Source: an uncultured Aminicenantes bacterium (GTDB taxonomy: Bacteria; Acidobacteriota; Aminicenantia; UBA2199). Taken from it: a stretch of DNA of 43,698 nt. The stretch covers positions 1-43,698 of the forward strand of contig CBDAFS010000053.1 of the NCBI GenBank assembly GCA_965195285.1. Reading direction: 5' to 3'. Under the pieces are notes generated by a model. It made no database searches, was not told the DNA's origin, and was given only the letters and a program-made list of their open reading frames with translations. Shown piece after piece: positions 1 through 8,907 of the stretch (positions within the stretch are counted from its first letter, which is position 1; the number at the start of each line of letters is the position of its first letter). The translations under genes and the position numbers were made by a program.

Positions 1-229
1 TCCCAGTTCAAGCAAAAGTCAAAACAATAAATACTTTGGTCCTGAATCACTGCCATCTGGATTGATTCCATCAAATCCCAAAGCGAAGATGATGTTCGAT
101 TGGTACGAAATTGTAATTTCGAACGTTTAAGAGGTACTAAATTGCAATATCAGGCGATATATATCTCCGATGAGATTATTATAGTGGCGGATGGTAAAAA
201 TGATGAGAAGCAAGAACGAGGAGGTTACG

Positions 230-1360
230 ATGAAACCATTAACCGTATTGGTAGGAATTTTACTTTTAATCTCCATCCCGCTACTGAGTTCCGACCTGGT
301 GGAAAAAAAATTCGAGGTAAAACCGGGTGAGAAACTGGATGTCAATCTAAAAACCGGTGGTTCCATATCTATTTCGGGATGGGCAAAAAATGTTGTAAAT
401 ATTAAAGTATATCTGAAAAACGGCCAGTCAGAAGGATGTGAAATCAGAATTGAAAAATTGGGCCAAGTGATTGAAGTGGAATCAGAGTTTGACCCCTTCA
501 AACATGAAAACTGCAGGAGCCCTAAACTGGAAATTCAGGTGCCCCATCAATTTGACCTTAAACTGAAAACCATGGGCGGTAACATCACCATCAATAAAGT
601 AGAGGGTGAAATAGGCGGCAAAACCATGGGAGGCTCACTCAAACTCAGCCATTTGAAAGGCAAAATTCGCATGACCACCATGGGAGGTAAAATCAGTCTG
701 ACCGATTCTGATATTGACGGTTATGTCAAAACCATGGGCGGGCGCGTCCTGTTGGAAAATGTGGTCGGAGATATCAAAGGATCGTCCATGGGCGGCAATG
801 TGATTTACCGCAACGTCAGATCAAGAAATGGAAAATCAACCGGAAAAATGGTAAAAATATCCACCATGGGCGGAGATATCAAAGTCGATAAGGCCATGGA
901 AGGTGCCGATGTGGTCACCATGGGCGGAGATATCCGGATCAAGTATGCAAAAAAATCCGCTAGGGCCAAAACCCTGGGCGGCGACATCACCATCGATAAT
1001 ATTGACGGCTGGGTAAAAGCAACCACCATGGGAGGGGATATTGAAGTCACATTGATAGCGGATAAAAAATCAGGCAAAAGAGATGCCGACCTGACCTCCA
1101 TGGGAGGGGATATCACTCTCACGGTTCCGGAAGACCTTTCCATGAACATTTATATTGAATTGGGCTACACCAAAAGCAGCTGGAAAAAATACCGGATAAG
1201 CAGTGATTTTAAACTCGAAATAGAAGAAACCCCCAACTGGGAAAAAAAGAATGGATCCTACCGGAAGTATATCTACGGCAAAGCAAAAATAAAGGATGCC
1301 AAAAACATCATAAAAATAAAAACCGTTAACGGTAATATTTATCTTAAAAAAAATAAATAA
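230..1360 (+). CDS. Secreted DUF4097-family beta-strand-repeat (putative adhesin) protein with T-M-G-G repeats
   Basis: About 10 [TS]-[ML]-G-G-x-I repeats and a terminal KTVNGNIYL. Signal peptide MKPLTVLVGILLLISIPLLS. Start moved from 191 to the in-frame ATG at 230, which follows GAGGAGG. Confidence 0.8.
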   Translation: MKPLTVLVGILLLISIPLLSSDLVEKKFEVKPGEKLDVNLKTGGSISISGWAKNVVNIKVYLKNGQSEGCEIRIEKLGQVIEVESEFDPFKHENCRSPKLEIQVPHQFDLKLKTMGGNITINKVEGEIGGKTMGGSLKLSHLKGKIRMTTMGGKISLTDSDIDGYVKTMGGRVLLENVVGDIKGSSMGGNVIYRNVRSRNGKSTGKMVKISTMGGDIKVDKAMEGADVVTMGGDIRIKYAKKSARAKTLGGDITIDNIDGWVKATTMGGDIEVTLIADKKSGKRDADLTSMGGDITLTVPEDLSMNIYIELGYTKSSWKKYRISSDFKLEIEETPNWEKKNGSYRKYIYGKAKIKDAKNIIKIKTVNGNIYLKKNK

Positions 1361-1377
1361 AAAATTTGGAGGATATA

Positions 1378-2394
1378 ATGAAAGCCAACACTTTGATTCG
1401 TCTGTTATTGATCATTTTATTTTTAGTATTTTTTGTGAATTCGGTTCAAGCCGAAAAAAAAGAAATCGTCAAGACATTCAAAAACAAAACCGCTGTCACC
1501 CTACACACGGTCAGCGGAGACTGCCTGGTCACGGTTGTAAAGGGTAACCAGATCAAAGTCCAGTTATTATATGATTACCCCGAAGACTGTTTTCAAGCTG
1601 AATTCTCAGAGAGTGGTTCCACCCTGGTACTGGAGGAGGATTTTTCCGGTTCCTGCAGGGGTCGATCTGTCTGGAAGTTATTCGTTCCGGAAAAAACCGG
1701 AATCAAGTTCAAATCCGCTTCAGGTGATTTCTCTGCAACCGGATTAAGAGGTAATGTCTATGCCAGCACGGCATCCGGAGACTTCGAGCTGGAAAACATT
1801 GAGGGTGAAATTGAAATCAAAAGTGCCAGTGGAGACCTTGAAGCCCGACATATTAAGGGATCATTGGAAGTTAAAACCGCCAGCGGTGATCTGGATATCG
1901 AAGATGTATCCGGCTCTATTGACATCAGAACCGCCAGCGGTGACATCGAAGCTCAAAAAATTACTGGTAAAGACATCAGTATCAAGGGTGCTTCCAGTGA
2001 CATTGAAGTGGAAGATATCAGAGGGGCCATGGAAATCAAGACTGCCAGCGGAGACGTCGAAGCCAGAGAAATCCATATCACCGGTTCCAGTGAATTTAAA
2101 ACCGCGTCCGGCGATGTATTTGTAGAGCTGGCCAAGAGCAGTGACCATAACCTTACCCTGGCCTCGGCTTCCGGTGATACTGTTTTAAACTACAATGGCA
2201 ATGCCATTTACGGATACTTCGAATTCAGTGCCAAAAAAGATGACGGGGAAATCGAATCTCCCTTCAAATTTGATAATGAAGAAATAATCGTCAAGTACGG
2301 TCAGAAGTATATGAAAAAATCGTTTACCCGAAAATCCAAATCCCCGAAAATCGTCATTAGGACCGCATCCGGAAAAGCCGCCCTGGAAGAATAA
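1378..2394 (+). CDS. Secreted DUF4097-family beta-strand-repeat protein with [TS]-A-S-G-D repeats
   Basis: About 9 [TS]ASGD repeats at roughly 19-20 aa spacing, plus an N-terminal signal peptide. ATG at 1378 follows GGAGG (the ORF track starts at 1366). Confidence 0.8.
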   Translation: MKANTLIRLLLIILFLVFFVNSVQAEKKEIVKTFKNKTAVTLHTVSGDCLVTVVKGNQIKVQLLYDYPEDCFQAEFSESGSTLVLEEDFSGSCRGRSVWKLFVPEKTGIKFKSASGDFSATGLRGNVYASTASGDFELENIEGEIEIKSASGDLEARHIKGSLEVKTASGDLDIEDVSGSIDIRTASGDIEAQKITGKDISIKGASSDIEVEDIRGAMEIKTASGDVEAREIHITGSSEFKTASGDVFVELAKSSDHNLTLASASGDTVLNYNGNAIYGYFEFSAKKDDGEIESPFKFDNEEIIVKYGQKYMKKSFTRKSKSPKIVIRTASGKAALEE

Positions 2395-2426
2395 ACCCAC
2401 CGGTTAAAAGGTCATCATAAATGAAT

Positions 2427-2456
2427 AGGGACGCCTACGGGCGTCCCTTTTTTTTT
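2427..2456 (+). terminator. Rho-independent terminator
   Basis: AGGGACGCC-TACG-GGCGTCCCT perfect stem followed by a T run, 32 nt after the DUF4097 pair. Confidence 0.9.
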
Positions 2457-2620
2457 CAACCCACCTATTTTTATAAATTCGGAGCGAAAAGAGACGCCCA
2501 TTAGCGTACTAACGTTAAGGATTGTTATCGTCCATTTTTTAGAAAGTAAATAATTATTAACTTAATTCCAATAATTTTTTCAATAAACCTTGATAATAAA
2601 GCAATTTTATTCCGAATTGT

Positions 2621-2636
2621 TGGCATTAAAAGTGCT
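2621..2636 (+). promoter_or_regulatory. Candidate sigma54 (-24/-12) promoter
   Basis: TGGCAT-TAAAA-GTGCT has correct GG-N10-GC spacing. It lies 22 nt upstream of ATG 2659, with an AT-rich upstream tract and RBS GAGGAG. Confidence 0.5.
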
Positions 2637-2658
2637 CATAGTTTGCTGAGGAGTTAAT

Positions 2659-3252
2659 ATGAAAAAAATAAAAGAACTTTTAAGTAATGATGATTTCACT
2701 GAAGAAAATTACCATATTTTTAAGAAGAAACTTTTTTCAGATTCCACACCACTTGATGAAGTGGGAAGAATCTGTATGACCCTTGCCCATCTTCCATCAA
2801 AAAGAGCTCAGGACTTATTGGCTTCATTTAAAGAATCCGCCAATGCCCATAAGGTTAAATGGCTGGATCTTGCTATTGAAGAAGGACAGTTTGTATATCT
2901 ATCGCCTCAAAATGAACAGGAAGATAGAGATTACATGGCATTGAAAGTTATTCAGGAAATGCAGGACGAAGTGCTTGACCTTGAGATAAAACTCAACGAA
3001 GCAATAATTGATATAGACACCATGAAAATCAAACATGAAGCGATCAAGGAATTGGTAAAAAAAGGGGAGATCGATGCTGAAGAAGAATTGGGACTAAATG
3101 ATGTAATGCTTTTGCTTGAATCAAAAGTAGATGATTTAAATCAAGATATTGAACGAAACAATAAGATTTTTCTTCAGATAACAAAATCAATCAAAATAAA
3201 AAGATACAAAGATGTGGACCCATCTGTTATGAGGGATATACATTTCTGTTAA
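2659..3252 (+). CDS. Hypothetical acidic, coiled-coil-rich cytoplasmic protein
   Basis: 197-aa ORF with RBS GAGGAG and no recognised motif. Confidence 0.7.
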   Translation: MKKIKELLSNDDFTEENYHIFKKKLFSDSTPLDEVGRICMTLAHLPSKRAQDLLASFKESANAHKVKWLDLAIEEGQFVYLSPQNEQEDRDYMALKVIQEMQDEVLDLEIKLNEAIIDIDTMKIKHEAIKELVKKGEIDAEEELGLNDVMLLLESKVDDLNQDIERNNKIFLQITKSIKIKRYKDVDPSVMRDIHFC

Positions 3253-3326
3253 TAGCTAATACTACTATATTAATCCTTTAAAAGTGCATATATGATTCAC
3301 AAATGAGAAAACTGAATCAGGCTGAA

Positions 3327-5708
3327 TTAAAAATTCATGGTAAAGGTCAAACGCAAACTCTGGGGGATATTCAATTCCATAGCGTCACGGCTGCCCCCGG
3401 AAAAGACATACTCTGACAATTCATAGCCTGCATTCAGGATATTAAAATAGGCCAGACTCAGGCATGCATCCTTCTTAAAAATCTTGAATCGGTAATTAAG
3501 TTGAATGCTCATATCGGAGAGGTAATCTTCACGCGGTCCTCCTTTAACTCCCCGATCATCCTCGGCCTTTATGGTGCTATAATAGAGTGCCAATTGGTTA
3601 TGGTCATAAGTGGAACTGATAAAAGCAAATGGAGTTCCATCCCTGTATTTCAGGGACATGCCCAGGAAGAGATCCTTCAATACATGAAATCCGAAATAGA
3701 TCCTTCCGACAAAAGCCCGGTCTCCGTCCAGCCGGCCGTAACCATTGATCCAGGAATTGGGGTTGGCCTGAGATTCGCCAAGAACACCGATATCACTGGT
3801 GCCAGGACCATTTCCGAAAGCAGTGTGACCCATTCCGATATGGGCCATGAAGGAAAAAGAGAAAAACCAGCGATTGGGCTGTCCTCCCTGCAAATGCAAG
3901 AGAAGCTGGGCATAAAACGGATCCTCCTCAAAATTCTCATTGGTAAGTTTATAATTTCGGAATGGCTGATCGAAAAAATGGAGGTCATACCCATCATGAG
4001 TCTCATAAAATCCATACTCCCGGTCAAATTGCACCCATAAATTGTTCTTTATTCGTTTGTAAATGCCCTTTACCAGAAGCGTCCAGTTTTTTGAAATCCG
4101 TGTATTGACAGTCAACAAGAAGCGGTTTTTATAGGGACGGGAAATATCCGGATCCAGAAAATGAAAATTCCCACCGCTGTAACCGTAAATATCCCCTGCC
4201 TCCCCGGCTTGAAAAACCAGGTCATTGTTCATATCTTGCCAGTGATAAATGGTGGCCGATGGCCTGTTGGTTTCCAGAAACATATTTACATTTTCCCTCA
4301 AATCATAAGGAATCTGTCCATAAGCGATGAGAATCTCCGGATTTCTGTTTTTGAAGAAAAGCAGACCCAGGTCAAATCCGGGACTCCAAAATCCGAGATC
4401 GTTTTCATCAAAATTAAAACTCAAGGTGTTATGGCTCAACCACAATTTGGAAAACAGGGTAACCGCAGGGGTTATATCAATACTTAATTCAAGCCCCAAA
4501 TCAGCCAGCAAACTTGAATTAAAGTAACTTTCCCCGACCTCCCACTGGTATACCAGATAGGGATCTCCATTAAAGTATAGAGAATTATGGTCATGAACCG
4601 TTTCATCTCCGGTTATGGTGGTATACCGGCAATTTAAAAAAGTATTGATTTTAATCCCCTTTTTTAAGAGATTTTTCAGGAAAGGAACATCCAAATCAAT
4701 ATTGAACGCATTTCCGGTAAAGACACCCATTCGTCCAAAATCCAGGAAACCTTCACCATCATTATCCATCAAATCCTTAGAAAAATCGATTTCATATGGG
4801 TCCAGATTTTCATTTTCCCGGATAAAGGACATCCTGAAATCAAAAGAACTTTTTTTCAATCGGATACCGCTGAAAAATGAAAATTTCTCTTTCATAAAGG
4901 TTTCCTGGGGGTAACGTCCCAATTCGGCATCCAGATTGGATCGGTTCAGATAATTAAATGCAGCCGAAATTTCCAATTTCCCATCTTTGAGTAACCGGCC
5001 ATAACTTGAATTGAAAAGAAACAGCTTCCCTGACTCGGTGAAAGTAGTATCAAATTCATTAAAATCATTGAATTGTCGGAGGATATCATAATAATTAAAT
5101 GAAATCATTAAATTCGAACCTTTGAATTTCTTATTGAATGTATAATCAATAAAAAAATTACTGATGTTTTTACGATATTCAGAATACAGACGGTCATCCC
5201 TTTCGGTTGCCGGGGTATTGTTTAAGAAAGAGGCCCAGGACCTATAACCACCCAGGTCTGAATATATGGACGATAGCATCAATCTGGAAAAACTCTGTTC
5301 CGGAATCTGAGAAAAAAAGTGAAAACCATAGCCCCTTGAAACAGGAGAATCACCCTGAAGTCTGAATTGATTCACTGATGAGAAGGGGAATTGCAGGGCC
5401 GGCGCCCCCCCATCCAGAATCGAATTTATATTGAAATCATTGTAAAACCAGTTGAACTGGGAAAACGGATCGCCTTCAAAATATACTTTTGGAGAATCGA
5501 TGAAGGCAAAACCATTGCTTTCCTCAATCATCAAAATGGTATCGGGTGCATAATTTTCCAAAAAACTGGTGTAAAAAAAACCACCCGGCAAATTATTCAT
5601 AAAAAAGTCATTAAATACATGAGTATTATTATAGGGATGAATGATAACCGGAAAGACAAAAAAGATAACTACAAATGAAAAAATAAACCTTTTAATTAAT
5701 CCCTTCAT
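3327..5708 (-). CDS. TonB-dependent-receptor-like outer-membrane beta-barrel protein (Oar-like)
   Basis: Signal peptide from MKGLIKRFIFSFVVIFF (ATG 5708), alternating aromatic beta-strands, a WQDMNNDLVFQAGE loop and a C-terminal LRLTFTMNF ending in Phe. Confidence 0.65.
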   Translation of the reverse strand: MKGLIKRFIFSFVVIFFVFPVIIHPYNNTHVFNDFFMNNLPGGFFYTSFLENYAPDTILMIEESNGFAFIDSPKVYFEGDPFSQFNWFYNDFNINSILDGGAPALQFPFSSVNQFRLQGDSPVSRGYGFHFFSQIPEQSFSRLMLSSIYSDLGGYRSWASFLNNTPATERDDRLYSEYRKNISNFFIDYTFNKKFKGSNLMISFNYYDILRQFNDFNEFDTTFTESGKLFLFNSSYGRLLKDGKLEISAAFNYLNRSNLDAELGRYPQETFMKEKFSFFSGIRLKKSSFDFRMSFIRENENLDPYEIDFSKDLMDNDGEGFLDFGRMGVFTGNAFNIDLDVPFLKNLLKKGIKINTFLNCRYTTITGDETVHDHNSLYFNGDPYLVYQWEVGESYFNSSLLADLGLELSIDITPAVTLFSKLWLSHNTLSFNFDENDLGFWSPGFDLGLLFFKNRNPEILIAYGQIPYDLRENVNMFLETNRPSATIYHWQDMNNDLVFQAGEAGDIYGYSGGNFHFLDPDISRPYKNRFLLTVNTRISKNWTLLVKGIYKRIKNNLWVQFDREYGFYETHDGYDLHFFDQPFRNYKLTNENFEEDPFYAQLLLHLQGGQPNRWFFSFSFMAHIGMGHTAFGNGPGTSDIGVLGESQANPNSWINGYGRLDGDRAFVGRIYFGFHVLKDLFLGMSLKYRDGTPFAFISSTYDHNQLALYYSTIKAEDDRGVKGGPREDYLSDMSIQLNYRFKIFKKDACLSLAYFNILNAGYELSEYVFSGGSRDAMELNIPQSLRLTFTMNF

Positions 5709-5721
5709 GTTTTCACCTTTA

Positions 5722-6549
5722 TTAAAAGATATAGCATACTCCAATCCCGACTCCATCAGAACGGACAGCCGGGATCAAATTCCATTTATGGCTTCTCTTT
5801 TTCACCACTCCTCTCCCGATGGCATACCCCAGCACTGCACCCAAGAATACATCAGATAACCAGTGGGTGTCTTCGGTTACTCTCGATAAGGCCACCAGTG
5901 TAGCCAGAAAATAGCATAAAACAGGTACCAGAACTTTTTCCTTATATAACTCTGATATGACCGTAGCCGTTCCCCAGGCCACAGTGGTATGCCCTGAGGG
6001 GAAGGCATCGTATGTCGAGCTATCATCGGTATAACGCTTAAAAAATCCCGAGGGGCCGTGCCAATAATCCTGACCATTATTTACCGAGGGTCTCTGCCGT
6101 CCGGTAAGATGTTTTAACAGCTGGGAAATGATCCCGGTATGGATGAAGGTCATAAGGAGTAACCTGGCCGTGTCTTTTGCCTGGCCATTCTTGAACAATA
6201 ACCCTCCCAGGTAAAAACTTCCGGCAATTCCCAGATTTACCAAACCGTCACCCAGGCGGGTAACCACCGGACTGATCTTATCAACCCACCCATTCCGGGC
6301 CTGAAATTCCTTTATATCCCTATATATCTCTTCATCATTGGCAATTATAACCCCGGTGACCAGCCCCACACTTCCCCATAAAAGCCAATCGGTCCCTTTC
6401 ATACGGAATGGAGAAGTCAATATGGCTGCTTGATCTTCCAACACACAGTTGAGAAAGGAATCCTTTTTTTTATCCTCTCCAAAACCACTCACAGAGTAAG
6501 AAAAAAAAGCAAACAAGGAGAACATTACAATGGTCTTTTTGGGTTTCAT
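5722..6549 (-). CDS. PAP2-family phosphatase
   Basis: Complete motifs C1 KHLTGRQRP, C2 FPSGH and C3 SRVTEDTHWLSD. Confidence 0.85.
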   Translation of the reverse strand: MKPKKTIVMFSLFAFFSYSVSGFGEDKKKDSFLNCVLEDQAAILTSPFRMKGTDWLLWGSVGLVTGVIIANDEEIYRDIKEFQARNGWVDKISPVVTRLGDGLVNLGIAGSFYLGGLLFKNGQAKDTARLLLMTFIHTGIISQLLKHLTGRQRPSVNNGQDYWHGPSGFFKRYTDDSSTYDAFPSGHTTVAWGTATVISELYKEKVLVPVLCYFLATLVALSRVTEDTHWLSDVFLGAVLGYAIGRGVVKKRSHKWNLIPAVRSDGVGIGVCYIF

Positions 6550-6560
6550 GCTTGTTTTCT

Positions 6561-6589
6561 ATGTTATAAAAATAATCATTTGCTGTCAA
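6561..6589 (-). promoter_or_regulatory. Candidate sigma70 promoter for the PAP2/TonB genes
   Basis: Minus strand reads TTGACA-17 nt-TAACAT, 11 nt upstream of ATG 6549. Confidence 0.5.
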
Positions 6590-6633
6590 ATCATTTGTTA
6601 TGGGCTTTTTCCCTGTCAAAATTACAGGACGCA

Positions 6634-8844
6634 TCAATTTAAAAATATATTGAAATTTCTTGAACTGACATTACCCGCATAATCACTCACACTGGCCTTT
6701 ATAACATTTCGACCCCTGGCCAGGTTCCGAACATCCTGAATTATTACGTGGCGCCAATCCGGATCATATTCACATTCAACCGGTTGACCATTGACCAGAA
6801 CCCTCAGACTTCCGTCATTGACCCCCTTGCCTTTATCGGTAATTTTGAGAATGATTCTTTTGATCTTTGATTTGAATTTTGATCCGGTTTTGGCCAGTTT
6901 TATTTCCGGAGGATAAATATCCCGCATGAGGGCAAATATTCCCGATGCTATCACTTTTATCTTATATGTGAAATTTTTCTCATCATAAGAGGTGAATATG
7001 TATCTCCATTTCCTTCTCTTGCTATCAAACTTGAATATCCCCACCTGAAGCGGGTTTTCCACCAGCTTTGAGAATTGATAATAAACATAATCCAGAAAGG
7101 GAAAATGATAGGGATAAAGTGAGACCTGGCGCGAAAGCACTGGAAACTGTGAATCATGGTCAACAATATCGAATTTCAATACCTTTGGTTCCTTGATGGC
7201 CTTTGGAAAAAAGTCCGCCCTGAAATCATTGTCCCGGAAAGTTTGTTTTGTCTCCTGAATCAGATGAATTACCCGCAAACGGTGTGAAAACGATTTCACT
7301 ATTTCATTTTCCCTTTTTAGTAAAAATTCAAGCTGGATATCATTGGCCAGGCTCAAGGGTTTAAAACAAAAATATATATTTTCAGGCCCCATAAAGGATT
7401 TCACCGATATTGATTTTTCCCCTTGAATCACATTCAATTCTGTATTTTCAGCCAGAAACCGGGGGTGATCGATCATTAAAAATATGACATCCCGGTTGAT
7501 GAAGGTCTCAAACTCAATATTTTCCAGATCGATTCCATAATCCTTATCCAGACAAAACCTCCGGCTCCCATATACCACACCTTGCTTTTTAAATATGAAA
7601 TCCAAAAAAAACACTTTTTCCCTGATCCCATCCAAAACCAGATTCCTGGGTTCATCAATTTCAGAGTAGTCCAGTTTCCCGGAGTACAATTTTTGCCCCT
7701 GAAAATCCAGCAAATCCAGAACTACTTCATCTGAAGATCTGGCTTTCAGTCGAATGATATCAAGTTCAATCCGGTTGTTTTTTAAGGCGAGATTTTCAAT
7801 TTCGATGAGGGGCATTTCAATTTTATACAGGGTGAAAATTCCAGTCGACATATTTTCATAATTATCTTTGACCAAAACCTTACACTCATGGCGACCAGTA
7901 TCCAATTGATCGAAAACACTATCCAAATCAAGTTTATTCATCTCCATTTCGAAGCCATTCTGAAAAAACAAATTGTAAAAAAAATTCCCCGAACTTGAAT
8001 AAAACATATCATAAACAAAACCAAGCTGATTGTTATCTTCCCAGGCAAACCGATCAAATCGCAAACAAAACGTGTTGCGGTCATTGATATAAAGAGAGAT
8101 CTCATAAGGAGCCACGTATTTGCCAGTATCAGAAATATCCCTGGTATTCAACAGCAAGTCAAATCTCCCGGTGACCACCAGCGGCTCTTTTAAATAATAA
8201 AGCGAATCACTGGCCCGGTTAAACTTAAACCAGCTTTCTCCCACCCGGCCATTGATCAATGATTCAGACTTATTCCTCAAAAGCAAAGATCTCAGAACCG
8301 GAAAATTCGAATCATTCGCTGGAAGTTTTATCAATTTAAAGGGATTGACCGCTTGATATTGAGGATCCCTAATCTCCAGATGCAGATGAGGAAAACCATA
8401 GCCGGTTTCACCGGAATAGGCAATCAAATCATCTTTTTTTACCGGAAAAGGATTTTTCAGATCATAATTTCCGAAATATTTCTTTCCGGCCGCACTCTGA
8501 ACCCTTTTTACAATTTTTTCCAATGCGGGGATGAATCGATCCAGGTGAAAGAAGATCGACGTATGTCCATCATGATGTTTTAAATAAAGACCACGACCGC
8601 TTCCCCGTTTAACCATCCGTATCTTCACCACTTTACCATCGGCCAGGGCATAAACCGGATATCCGGTTTTTTGGTAGGTACGGAGATCTATTCCGGCATG
8701 AAAATGACTGTTGCGGAATTCCTGGAATGAACTGCTATAACCATTATTGATATTCAGAGGCCAACGATATTTTTCAACCTGGACTTCTTCTGCAAAAAAT
8801 AAAACAGGCAGAAGCCACAGAAAGATTGAACAGATTTTTAACAT
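6634..8844 (-). CDS. M23-family metallopeptidase with long C-terminal extension
   Basis: HAGID (HxxxD) and GETGYGFPHLHLE (HxH) M23 motifs, a signal peptide and an Ig-like C-terminus (DYAGN). Confidence 0.85.
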   Translation of the reverse strand: MLKICSIFLWLLPVLFFAEEVQVEKYRWPLNINNGYSSSFQEFRNSHFHAGIDLRTYQKTGYPVYALADGKVVKIRMVKRGSGRGLYLKHHDGHTSIFFHLDRFIPALEKIVKRVQSAAGKKYFGNYDLKNPFPVKKDDLIAYSGETGYGFPHLHLEIRDPQYQAVNPFKLIKLPANDSNFPVLRSLLLRNKSESLINGRVGESWFKFNRASDSLYYLKEPLVVTGRFDLLLNTRDISDTGKYVAPYEISLYINDRNTFCLRFDRFAWEDNNQLGFVYDMFYSSSGNFFYNLFFQNGFEMEMNKLDLDSVFDQLDTGRHECKVLVKDNYENMSTGIFTLYKIEMPLIEIENLALKNNRIELDIIRLKARSSDEVVLDLLDFQGQKLYSGKLDYSEIDEPRNLVLDGIREKVFFLDFIFKKQGVVYGSRRFCLDKDYGIDLENIEFETFINRDVIFLMIDHPRFLAENTELNVIQGEKSISVKSFMGPENIYFCFKPLSLANDIQLEFLLKRENEIVKSFSHRLRVIHLIQETKQTFRDNDFRADFFPKAIKEPKVLKFDIVDHDSQFPVLSRQVSLYPYHFPFLDYVYYQFSKLVENPLQVGIFKFDSKRRKWRYIFTSYDEKNFTYKIKVIASGIFALMRDIYPPEIKLAKTGSKFKSKIKRIILKITDKGKGVNDGSLRVLVNGQPVECEYDPDWRHVIIQDVRNLARGRNVIKASVSDYAGNVSSRNFNIFLN

Positions 8845-8907
8845 CAGGGGAAATTTTAACCAATTTCAAGCTTAAGCGCAAGAATGATGGGGACGATTCA
8901 ATAATAT

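Noticed and set aside
100-116. sigma54 promoter TGGTACGAAATTGT upstream of the DUF4097 operon
   Set aside because: Spacing is one base short and the -12 GC is missing.
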